Below, piece after piece: positions 9,310 through 18,047 of a stretch of 64,000 nt of DNA. The translations under genes were made by a program, and so were the position numbers. Below the pieces are notes generated by a model. It ran no database searches and was not told the DNA's origin. It saw nothing but the letters and a program-made list of their open reading frames with translations. The first letter of the stretch is position 1; each line of letters begins with the position of its first letter. This DNA comes from Gemmatimonadota bacterium (GTDB lineage: Bacteria > GCA-2686955): positions 1,312-65,311 of the forward strand of contig NYZA01000108.1 in NCBI GenBank assembly GCA_002686955.1, in the 5' to 3' direction.

Positions 9310-10353
9310 TCAGTCACCCGCGAGATCGCATTCCTCGCGCTGCTCGCTGAATAGGCGGGGAAAGCGAAGCGCGATCCGCTCCGCCACGGGCACCCAGCGA
9401 CGCACGGTACGACCCCTCAGCGCCATCGCGCCCAGAACCCAGGGCAAGCGGGGGCGCGCGCAAGGGCATGTTTTGCAGAGAGACTCTTCGTTCCAGCGCC
9501 TCTCGGCATGCAGAGATCGCAGCCGTTCCATCTCCGATGAATTCCAGAGCGACTCGAGGCTCGAATCGGCGATATTTCCGAGGGGCTCCCCATTCTCGGC
9601 GATGTGGTAGCAGGGATAGACCTCTCCGTTGTGGCGGACGACCATCGGGCCGCGCCACAGCAGAAAGCAGGCGTTTTCGCGCAGGTGCCCGTCGAGCTCG
9701 TAGAGCCGGTGTTCTTCGATGCCGATGTCCTCCTCCTTGATGCGGACGGTGTCCACACCGTCCACGCCGGACCACTCATCGATGAATGCCTGCTGCTCGT
9801 GCAGGTTGCGGCGCATGCGGATGAACTGCACGACAATGGTCATCGGGGAACGGCGGCGTCGCTTCTCCGCCGCGAGCGCTCGGACCTGCTCCACGACACG
9901 TGAGAAGTCCCCCCCCGCGCGGTAGTAGTCGTAGGTCTCTTCGCTGACGCCATCGATGCCGACGATCACGTGCCGGCACCCGGAATCGAGGAGCTTGCGG
10001 CGCCGGGCCTCGTCGAGCAGAGTGCCGTTGGTCGAGAGGATCGTATCCACATCGAGCTCGCGGCACCTCTCGAGGAGATCGAAAATGCGGGGATCGAGGA
10101 GCGGCTCGCCGAGGCCGTAGGTGTAGAGGTGATCGCCACCGATGCGCGCGTGCTCCTCGATCAAGGGGAAGAGAAGCTCGTCGGGCAGATCTTCGGCGCG
10201 ATATGCCACGCCTGTTCGCGGGCACATCGGGCATAGCAGGTTGCAGCGAACGGTGGTTTCCACCATCAGCCCGCTCGGCCCGGGAAGATCGATCGACCTT
10301 CGTCGCAAGTAGGCGGACATCAAGCGCAAACGATCTTTGGGGAGGCGTGGCAT
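9310..10353 (-). CDS. radical SAM / SPASM-domain protein
   Basis: CNLLCPMCPR (CxxxCxxC) near the N-terminus. Cys-rich C-terminal region (YPCYH..., CKTCPCARP) typical of SPASM/twitch auxiliary clusters. Confidence 0.8.
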   Translation of the reverse strand: MPRLPKDRLRLMSAYLRRRSIDLPGPSGLMVETTVRCNLLCPMCPRTGVAYRAEDLPDELLFPLIEEHARIGGDHLYTYGLGEPLLDPRIFDLLERCRELDVDTILSTNGTLLDEARRRKLLDSGCRHVIVGIDGVSEETYDYYRAGGDFSRVVEQVRALAAEKRRRRSPMTIVVQFIRMRRNLHEQQAFIDEWSGVDGVDTVRIKEEDIGIEEHRLYELDGHLRENACFLLWRGPMVVRHNGEVYPCYHIAENGEPLGNIADSSLESLWNSSEMERLRSLHAERRWNEESLCKTCPCARPRLPWVLGAMALRGRTVRRWVPVAERIALRFPRLFSEQREECDLAGD

Positions 10354-10382
10354 GGGGTTGTCTTCTCGTCAGTCTCGGGAGA

Positions 10383-11765
10383 TCAGCGAACGACGGCCTC
10401 CAGCGAGTCGAGCTCGGCGAGGCGATTCCGGTAATAGTCGAGGTCGGGATCGAGGGCGACCATGCGTTCACAAAACGAACGCTCGTCTTTCAGCCGGCCC
10501 GCCCTACGGTAGAATCCCGCGAGCATGCGAGATGCCAGATTGTGAGGTTCAACATCCGCACCATGCCTTTCCATCGAAGCGATCGCTTCGTCGAGGCGGC
10601 CGGCGTCCGCGAGCATCAGCGCATCTACCAGCCATAGGAGTGAACGGTTCTTCGTTCTTGCTGACTTCGACCAGCGATGAAGCTCTGCTTGGGCAACCGA
10701 GGAGTCGAAATCCGGCGCGCGAGGATTCGATTGGGGGGGAGGGGGGGCGAGCACGATCGGCGACGAGAGTTGGCGGCACGCCTCGAGCACGGCGCCATAG
10801 ACAACTTCGGCCACTACCGAATACCCCTCGCCGCTGGGGTGGCTGCCATCGGGGGAGATCAGGCGGTCACGGCCCACTTTCTCTTTCGCCGCTGTGAATG
10901 CGGGCCGCACATTTGCCACCGGAAGCGAATGGCGCGCGGCGATCTCCTTCTGAACCGTCTCCAGGAGCTCAGGTCCACCGCGGCCTCTTTTCGGGGGCGA
11001 TCTCCCTTCAGGATAGGTGGCGATGACGAGCACGGCACCCTTCGTGCTGACCTGGCTTGCCATCGACGCCATATCGCTTCGAAGCTGATGGTACGCCGCC
11101 CGGCGTAAGGTCTCGGGCGCGCTGGAGCCGACCTCCCTGGGGCCCCTGAGCCCCCGGATCAGTCCTGCCTGACCGGGCCGGTAGGGCTTTGCGACGACAG
11201 GCTCAGGCCGTGGCTGTTTCTCCGGCGTCGATCGGGCCCCGGTCAGCCACGAATGAGGCGCCAGCCTCGAGAGCGTCCAATGCAAGAATCGGTAGACCCA
11301 TAGATGCCGGAGCCGGTTTCTCGTGGGATCGAGAAACGAGACGGCGGGCCACTTCGGTTCGCGGAACTTCCAGATGTTGTTCAAGCCCACGAGCACACAG
11401 ACGACATGCGGCCGGGTCTCATCCAAGAGGTCCGGAAGATCGGCGAGAATCTCCCCCGAGGACCGTCCGGGGAGCCCTGCGTTACGAACCGATGCCTCTA
11501 GTGCAGGGTTCCGCTCTCGAAGCAGGCCTTCGAGCTGCCGGGGCCACGAATAGAGACTGGGCATCGTGCCCATTCCGTAGGTGTATGAGTCTCCGACGCA
11601 GAGGACACGCAAGTCTTCATCCCCGGTATCGGTGGCGTTTCGGACGCGTTGCAGCAGCACCCAGCCACCGGCACGTGGAACCGCTTCGAAGGCCGCCGCG
11701 ACGAGCAGCAGGCTCAGCGTCGCGTATAGTGCTTTGCGCGGAGTGGACAGGTGCAAGGTAGGCAT
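10383..11765 (-). CDS. membrane-anchored SGNH/GDSL hydrolase with C-terminal TPR region (paralog 3)
   Basis: TM helix ALYATLSLLLVAAAF. Block I is LCVGDSYTYG, block III is VLVGLNNIW, block V is DGSHPSGEGY. TPR-like helices lie at the C-terminus. ATG at 11765 chosen because it avoids overlap with the upstream gene. Confidence 0.75.
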   Translation of the reverse strand: MPTLHLSTPRKALYATLSLLLVAAAFEAVPRAGGWVLLQRVRNATDTGDEDLRVLCVGDSYTYGMGTMPSLYSWPRQLEGLLRERNPALEASVRNAGLPGRSSGEILADLPDLLDETRPHVVCVLVGLNNIWKFREPKWPAVSFLDPTRNRLRHLWVYRFLHWTLSRLAPHSWLTGARSTPEKQPRPEPVVAKPYRPGQAGLIRGLRGPREVGSSAPETLRRAAYHQLRSDMASMASQVSTKGAVLVIATYPEGRSPPKRGRGGPELLETVQKEIAARHSLPVANVRPAFTAAKEKVGRDRLISPDGSHPSGEGYSVVAEVVYGAVLEACRQLSSPIVLAPPPPQSNPRAPDFDSSVAQAELHRWSKSARTKNRSLLWLVDALMLADAGRLDEAIASMERHGADVEPHNLASRMLAGFYRRAGRLKDERSFCERMVALDPDLDYYRNRLAELDSLEAVVR

Positions 11766-11775
11766 CTCTCGCCGA

Positions 11776-13518
11776 TCAGGGCTGGGCAACCGTGACGGTG
11801 GATCGAGCTTGGACCCCTTCAATCTCTGAAAAGGAGCCGTCCGGCCACCGTACTTTCACGAGGCTGAGTCCGGTGTACTCTCCGAGACCGAAGTGAATCA
11901 CGTTCTCATTGCACGAATACAAGCTCGATCCTGATCTCCTCTCTCGAACTTGAGTCTCGTCGCCGGCGACCAACCACACACGAGCACCGATGGCGCTCGT
12001 ATTCGGCGGATTGCCGACGAGACGCAGACGGATCCATCCGCCCGCGCCTTCGGTCCGATTCACGAGCACCGAAGGGAAGGAACCGTCGTCGTTTCCGATC
12101 ACGATGTCGAGTTTGCCATCGTCGTCGAGATCGCCGATCGCAAGACCCTGGCTGCGCTGCAGCGCGGCGAATCCGGGACCGGCGGTCTCAGTAGATTCGA
12201 CAAAACACCCCCCGCCGACGTTTTCCATGAGGATGTTCCGCACGGGATCGAAGCCGGCGACATCTCCGTTCGCCACGGCCAAGTCCAAATCGCCATCGTT
12301 GTCGAAATCGGCGAAGGCTACACCCATTCCGATGACATTCGTGAATCGCTCGATGCCCGATTCCCGACTCTTCCTTCGGAGAACTACTCCGTTGACGTTT
12401 TCCATCAAGAAGTCCGAGTAGTAGTTCGTCGCGTACAGATCGATGTCGCGATCGTTGTCGTAGTCGCCGAGAGCGACACCCATCGCTCCCGTCCGTCGCG
12501 ATCTTCGAATCATTTTTTCGAGCACTTGTCCGCTTCGATCGTGGAAGACCCCGTCTCGATAGACATAGAAATTGTCGGGTCTTCCATCGTTCGTAACGAA
12601 TAGATCCGAGTAGCCATCGTCGTTGAGGTCGCAGAACGCGGCGCCCCAGCCCTCACCATCGGAAAGCCCCTCGACTCCCATCGCGCCGGCCATGTCGACG
12701 TACCGACCCGAACTGTCATGGATAAACATGTGGTTGGCACACCCACGAACCCCTAGCAATGGCGGATGCCGTCTCGGCTTCTCCGTCTTCCCATTGGTCT
12801 CGAACGCGGTCAGGTTCGCTACGAAATTGCTTACGTACATGTCCAGGTATCCGTCGCGGTTCACATCCGCCAACGCGATCCCGCGACCGAACTTCGTGCT
12901 CGCGACGTCGACTTGCCGGCCGATCTCTTCGAATGTCCCGTCCCCCCGGTTGCGGTACAAGAGGTTGGGCCGGTCGACCGCGGTGGTCACGTAGAGATCG
13001 TCGAGACCATCGCCATCGAGATCTCCCCAGGCGGCGGCCTGCGCGGTGGTCCTTATCGCGGATCCAAATGCCTGTTCCGCCATCGGAGTGAATACGAGAT
13101 CGCCCTCGTTCCGGTAGAGGCCGTCGGGTCGCGCGTGTGAGTCCGGCTCGCGCCGGATCCAGCGGGTCGCATAGGTGGCCAGGAAAATGTCCTGATCACC
13201 ATCTCGATCGAAATCGTTGATCGCGACACCTCGGATGTGGCGCGTCGTGATGTTGGAATCGTGCGGATCGAGAAGCTCGAAATGGATGCCTTGGTCCATT
13301 CCGAAGCCCTCAGACGTTCCGGCGCTGGTCGTGCTTGGCTGGAAAAAGGGGGATTCGGGACCTGCCTCATCCGTCTCCACCGAATCGGGCGTAGAGGAGC
13401 ACGCAGAGAGCGCGAACAGGCTTAGGGTTCGCGCAAGAATAACTTCCCATTTTGGCGCCCAGATGTGCCGCGGATCTGGTCGATCGGCGATCTTCGAAAC
13501 CGGAGGAATAGCAGGCAT
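11776..13518 (-). CDS. FG-GAP/VCBS-repeat protein with C-terminal ASPIC/UnbV domain (CRTAC1-like)
   Basis: Repeated DxDGDGxxD FG-GAP calcium loops (DFDRDGDQDIF, DLDGDGLDDLYV, DVNRDGYLDMYV, DLNDDGYSDLFV, DFDNDGDLDLAV, DLDDDGKLDIV). C-terminal WIRLRLVG...IGARVW...VKVRWPDG. Lipobox LFALSAC. The only in-frame ATG upstream of the lipobox (13518) lies inside the MITE. Confidence 0.85.
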   Translation of the reverse strand: MPAIPPVSKIADRPDPRHIWAPKWEVILARTLSLFALSACSSTPDSVETDEAGPESPFFQPSTTSAGTSEGFGMDQGIHFELLDPHDSNITTRHIRGVAINDFDRDGDQDIFLATYATRWIRREPDSHARPDGLYRNEGDLVFTPMAEQAFGSAIRTTAQAAAWGDLDGDGLDDLYVTTAVDRPNLLYRNRGDGTFEEIGRQVDVASTKFGRGIALADVNRDGYLDMYVSNFVANLTAFETNGKTEKPRRHPPLLGVRGCANHMFIHDSSGRYVDMAGAMGVEGLSDGEGWGAAFCDLNDDGYSDLFVTNDGRPDNFYVYRDGVFHDRSGQVLEKMIRRSRRTGAMGVALGDYDNDRDIDLYATNYYSDFLMENVNGVVLRRKSRESGIERFTNVIGMGVAFADFDNDGDLDLAVANGDVAGFDPVRNILMENVGGGCFVESTETAGPGFAALQRSQGLAIGDLDDDGKLDIVIGNDDGSFPSVLVNRTEGAGGWIRLRLVGNPPNTSAIGARVWLVAGDETQVRERRSGSSLYSCNENVIHFGLGEYTGLSLVKVRWPDGSFSEIEGVQARSTVTVAQP

Positions 13519-13608
13519 ATTTCGAGGATTTCGGAGATCGCCGATTGGCCGGAGACGTGGTGCAGATGGGATGCAAGAATGGGAAGTTATTCTTGCGTGA
13601 ACCCTTAG
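13421..13608. mobile_element. complete 188-bp MITE with about 28-bp terminal inverted repeats matching the IS end at 62168
   Basis: Left end is CTTAGGGTTCGCGCAAGAATAACTTCCC. The right end reverse-complements to CTAAGGGTTCACGCAAGAATAACTTCCC. The IS end at 62168 is CTAAGGGTCCACGCAAGAATAACTTC. Confidence 0.85.
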
Positions 13609-13634
13609 AACCGGTGCGAATCGTGTCCGTCCCA

Positions 13635-16034
13635 CTACTCCTCCACCAACATTCGCAGCATTTCCATTGCTTTGTTGGTGGAGTGGATGCGGCTTAGATA
13701 CGCCAATCGCCCCTCCTTGTCGATGATGATCTGTAGCGGAAAGGGAGCCGATGCACCCTCCGGCACCACCCGGCTACGAAAATGCTCCGTCACTGTTTCA
13801 TCGGGTCCGGGAGGAAGGGTGAAGCAGAAAGGATCGGGTCCTTTTTCGAGGTCCAGCAACACCGGGACCCGCAACCCGGTGTCGGCGACGAATTTTTTCA
13901 CGATTCGCTGGCTCTGGCGCCAGTTCATCGAGAAGGCGGCCAGCTCGTCGTGGGAGAACTCGTTTCGCACGGCACTCATCAGGTCTGGAACCTCCAGACC
14001 GCAGATCGGTCACCACGAGGCAAAGGCGGCCAGAAGAATGGGGCGGCCCTTGGCGACCTCTTCGTCGAGATCGAAACAGTCCAGGCGCTCTGGGCAGCTC
14101 CCGTCCGGGCAGATGTTGATCATCGGGAGGCGGAAGTTCGGGACCGGATCCCCGACTTGGTACACGGTGGATGGGATCAAGAGGATCCGGGGAGTAGCGT
14201 TCTCGGGGTCGTTCGAATGTAGAATGACCGAAGAATTGGCTCCGGTGCGAACTACGTTCTCTTCCGCTACTTTGAGCGTCAGCAACGCGGATTCACCGGG
14301 CGGCACACACCAGGAACCAGCCGTGTCTTTTTTCCTATCGAAGGGCTGCTCCAAGTCGAGCTGGTGACGTCCTCCGTTCGATACGCGGATCGTGATTGTC
14401 TCTTCATCGTGCGCCTCCCGCGGTAAGCGGTGGCCACGATCGTGAACAACTAGGCGGGGCGCGCCAGCGCCGCGTCGGATCTCTCCAGTGAGCAACACGT
14501 CGAGTTCCGCCGCCACGAAACGTCCATTCTCGAGATGGACGAAATTGGCCGCGGTGAGTCCATTCTCATGAAGACCGCCCCCGGCGGCCAGATAGGAGGG
14601 ATGGAAACCGTCGATTGCGTCCAAGAGCCTGAGACGGCCGCGAACCGAGGCATCGTACAGTCGAATATTGTCCCAATCGGCCACGAGCAGATACCCGCCC
14701 TCGAACGAGAGCCCCATCGCCGACCCCGGGGTGTGCACATTGGCGATCAACTGGGGCGCGGCCGGGGACCCGAGGTCGAAGAGGTCGATGCCAAGAGCGC
14801 CGTTGGCTACCGCCACCATCTCGTCATCTAGAATCGCGATGCCCCTCGGGGTTCCCGTTGTGTGGGCGGAACTCAGCACAATCGGCATGCCCGGTTCCTT
14901 CAGCTCGAGCACGTGCATCGTCCCCCCGTACAGGCTCACTTCGTGTGCGTCCGTGGCGCCCGCGACGAGAAGATGGGTCCCGTCGTAGGCGACGGTGCTT
15001 GCTCCGCGCATCGCCGGCAGATCGAGATCGCCATCGAGCCTGAGCCGCCCATTTTCCAGCAGACGCACACTCGCAATCCCGTTCGGATGGTGGATGGCGA
15101 AGATCCGATCGCCAACGCGCACCATGTCTCCGAAGCCGCGCCCACCGGTCATGGACGAGATATGCTCCGGGGGCGCGAGGGGCCTGGAGTCAAGGGGCGG
15201 CAAGCGCCAACTCGAAAGCCCACCGCGGGCCTTGTTGTCCGCGCCTCGAGACGATGAAACGGCGATCCCTCTCTCGGGAAACACCAACAGATGCTCGCTT
15301 ACCGTGATCCTGCTCCGTTCCAGGCGTGTCTCGACCAGGTTCGCGCGCAGTCGCTCCGCCGCGCTGTCGATCGGCTCATCGATGATCGGCAGCTCGGCGA
15401 CCGGAATCAGTCCGATCGCGTCGGTCATGCAGGCGACGATCACATCGCCATACCTTCGGGCGGAACGCGGGTGGATCATGTGTCCCAATCGCCCCCGTCC
15501 GGCCGACCGGTGATTGACGCTTATGCCACGCTCGACCTTGATGTGGTGCCCATCGACGCGCGCCACGCAACGTCCCGCCTCGAGGATTTCACCCTCTCCG
15601 CACCGGGCGCCCGAGCTGATGTTGACCGCCGCATGTGCTTCGATGCGACTCGAGCCCAACGCACCGTGGATGCTGAAGAGATGGTCTCCCTCAGCCGCTG
15701 GCGCGTTCAGAACGATCGAGCCGATCAATGCGTCTCCCTCTGAGCGGAGCATGAGCGCCCGGTCGACCTCTTCCGCGTCCATTTCCAGGTCGACGCTCAA
15801 CTCCGATCGTCGATCATCCGCCTGCGGTACTCGGGCGGTGAGCGTCAACTCCGCCCCCGGCAGCGCCGTTTCGGGGGCAATGCCGAGCCGAGCCGGCTGC
15901 GAGAGCGGGGCCAGGGCTTCGGCCGACGTGCTCTCCCACGGGGAAGCGCGCTCCGTCGTCGATTCCGAGCAAGATAGCAGACCGAGGCACAGAATGACGG
16001 GCTGCACTCCGCTGGATGTCGATGGGGGCCGCAT
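13635..16034 (-). CDS. predicted secreted selenoprotein: lipoprotein signal + beta-propeller-like (LVIVD-type) repeats + C-terminal TlpA/ResA-like thioredoxin fold with a UxxC redox motif
   Basis: ORFs 14010-16034 and 13635-13979 share one frame, separated only by TGA (14012-14010) and 10 sense codons. The joined reading is ...PILLAAFASW-U-PICGLEVPDLMSAV.... The TGA sits where TlpA-like proteins carry the first Cys of WCxxC. The downstream part continues the Trx fold (PLQIIIDKEGRLAY). Signal/lipobox CLGLLSCS. Confidence 0.75.
13982..14000 (-). promoter_or_regulatory. bacterial SECIS-like hairpin downstream of the in-frame UGA
   Basis: mRNA reads UGA CCGAUCUGC GGUCUGG-AGGUU-CCAGACC. The stem is 7 perfect bp and starts 9 nt after UGA. 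The G-containing apical loop begins 17 nt after UGA. Confidence 0.65.
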
Positions 16035-16154
16035 GGGGGATGATATGGCGTCGAAGATCTGCCCGCGTAGGTCGAGCCGGCGCCAGATTCAGAGGTTATC
16101 GTGACGCAGCACGCGGGGGCAATCGTGAACCACGCCTTCAACCCGGTCAACGAC

Positions 16155-17588
16155 ATGAGATTCCACAAACACTCCTCCACGGAATTCGGTGGGATTCGTG
16201 CGATCAGCGCTTTCGGCGGTGCAGTCCTGGCTCTGACCCTGCTGGCCGCCGAGCCGTCTACCGCCAACCCCCTGCATGTCGACGGACGCACCATCGTCGA
16301 CGGCGCCGGACGCCAAGTCATCTTGCGCGGAGCAAACGTCAGCGGAGCGACCAAGACCCCGCCCTTCCTGCCACTGACCGAGACCACCTGGTTCGACAAT
16401 CTCGAAGCATGGGGCTTCAATCTGGTCCGCCTCCTGATCTCCTGGGAGGCGCTGGAGCCCGATCCCGGTTTCTACCGAACGCGTTATCTCGACGCGATCG
16501 AAGAGCTCGTCGATGGCGCCGCGGATCGTGGACTGTACGTGGTTCTCGATATGCACCAAGATCTGTACGCCCGCCCCTTCAGCGGAGACGGCGCTCCCAC
16601 CTGGGCCATCCCCGCCGATGTCGACTGGAGCTCTTTCGAGCCGAAGTCGATCTGGCCTCTGAACTACGCGACGCCCGAAGTGAACCGTTGCTTCTCCGCA
16701 TTCTGGGCCGACGAAGATGGCGTTCAGAGCGCCTATCTCGATGCCTGGAGGCAGGTAGTGGCGCGCGTTGCCGAGCATCCCGCCCTCATCGGCTACGATC
16801 CGATAAACGAACCCTGGGCCGGCTTCACGGGGGCTCGCACGGCCGATCGAGATCTGTTGCAGCCTTTCTACGACCGTTTCCATGAAGAGATTCGCGAGCC
16901 GATCGACCCCGACGCCATCCTCTTTCTCGAGCCGAACGGGTGGACAGTCTCCGGCCCCCTGGCGCCTTCTTTTCGTCCCTTCGACTACGAAAATGTGGTG
17001 CTCAATGTGCACTGGTACGACACTGTGCCGATGACTGTCGGTGTCTACACCCCCTTCGGTCGATGGCGTTCGACCCTGAGGTTTCAGAGGATCGATCGTT
17101 GGGGCGAGAGCCTGGGATTGCCGGTTTGGGTCTCGGAGTTCGGCATCGGTTTCGATGTGATCGGGCATGCCGCGTATTTGAACGACCAGTACGAGTTGCT
17201 CGACGCCCATCAGTTTCACTCCGCTCAATGGGAGTACGAACCGGGCTGGGCCGAACGTGGACTTTGGAACGGCGAAGATATGTCGATGCTGGATGAGAAC
17301 GACGAGCCGCGTAATCTGGAGCAGATCGTGCGCCCCTTCGCGCGAGCTCTTCCCGGGCGTTTGATCCGTTCGAAGTTCCGCAGATGGAATCGGCGTTTTT
17401 CGCTGCGCTATCGATCGAATGGCGGTGGAGAGGGCGAAGCCGAGATCTTCATCGCGGCCGAGACTCAGTATCCGAACGGATTCGAGGTTCAGATTTCCGA
17501 CGGAACTTGGTCCTACTCGGCCGACGGTCTGCTGCGCCACCGGCCCGCGGAGGGTGTTTTCGAGCACGAAATCGTGGTGCATCGATGA
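16155..17588 (+). CDS. glycoside hydrolase family 5 (cellulase / endoglycoceramidase-like), secreted
   Basis: Motifs LRGANVSG, FNLVRLLISWEALEP, DMHQDLY, GYDPINEPW (acid/base Glu) and WVSEFG (nucleophile Glu). Signal peptide begins at MRFHK. Confidence 0.85.
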   Translation: MRFHKHSSTEFGGIRAISAFGGAVLALTLLAAEPSTANPLHVDGRTIVDGAGRQVILRGANVSGATKTPPFLPLTETTWFDNLEAWGFNLVRLLISWEALEPDPGFYRTRYLDAIEELVDGAADRGLYVVLDMHQDLYARPFSGDGAPTWAIPADVDWSSFEPKSIWPLNYATPEVNRCFSAFWADEDGVQSAYLDAWRQVVARVAEHPALIGYDPINEPWAGFTGARTADRDLLQPFYDRFHEEIREPIDPDAILFLEPNGWTVSGPLAPSFRPFDYENVVLNVHWYDTVPMTVGVYTPFGRWRSTLRFQRIDRWGESLGLPVWVSEFGIGFDVIGHAAYLNDQYELLDAHQFHSAQWEYEPGWAERGLWNGEDMSMLDENDEPRNLEQIVRPFARALPGRLIRSKFRRWNRRFSLRYRSNGGGEGEAEIFIAAETQYPNGFEVQISDGTWSYSADGLLRHRPAEGVFEHEIVVHR

Positions 17589-17592
17589 GCTT

Positions 17593-18039
17593 CTACCTCC
17601 GGTGGTAGGGCATCCCCTTCAAGATCGTTGCCGCGCGGTAGAGCTGCTCGAGAAGAACCACCCGGGCGAGCTCATGCGGCAAGGTCATCGCGGAAAGAGA
17701 GAGGCGACGATCGGCCGCCGCCAGCAGCTCCCGAGGCAATCCGGCCGCCCCGCCGATCAGAAAGGCGATGTCGCCGCCCCTGCTCATATCTCCGCGCAAC
17801 TGCTCCGCGAAAGGCTCCGATCGAATCGGATCGCCCGTCTCGTCGAGTGCGATCGATCGCCTGAGGTCTTTCATCCGCCCGACAAGGGTGTCGATGCTCC
17901 TTACCGTCCCCCCCTTGCCTTGCGGGAGCTCTTCGAGGCGAATCGATAGATCCGCCCGGGCCGCGCGCCGCAGGTAGTCGTTCGCGAGCGCGCGCATCGC
18001 GTCGTTGCGAAGCCCTCCGACGGCCCAGACATGCACCAT
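17593..18039 (-). CDS. rlmH: 23S rRNA (pseudouridine1915-N3)-methyltransferase RlmH
   Basis: 148-aa SPOUT protein with C-terminal FLIGGAAGL...LSLSAMTLPHELARVVLLEQLYRA. Only the last 148 codons of ORF 17593-19191 are credible. Confidence 0.85.
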   Translation of the reverse strand: MVHVWAVGGLRNDAMRALANDYLRRAARADLSIRLEELPQGKGGTVRSIDTLVGRMKDLRRSIALDETGDPIRSEPFAEQLRGDMSRGGDIAFLIGGAAGLPRELLAAADRRLSLSAMTLPHELARVVLLEQLYRAATILKGMPYHRR

Positions 18040-18047
18040 TTCTCCGC

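Noticed and set aside
6742-10353. Idea that the B12 radical SAM + NAD-epimerase + radical SAM trio is a hopanoid hpnJ/hpnA/hpnH module
   Set aside because: No squalene-hopene cyclase, hpnG or other hpn genes are nearby. The second radical SAM has a SPASM-type Cys-rich C-terminus rather than the HpnH-type C-terminal domain, as far as I can judge by eye. The assignment is not supportable without HMM searches.
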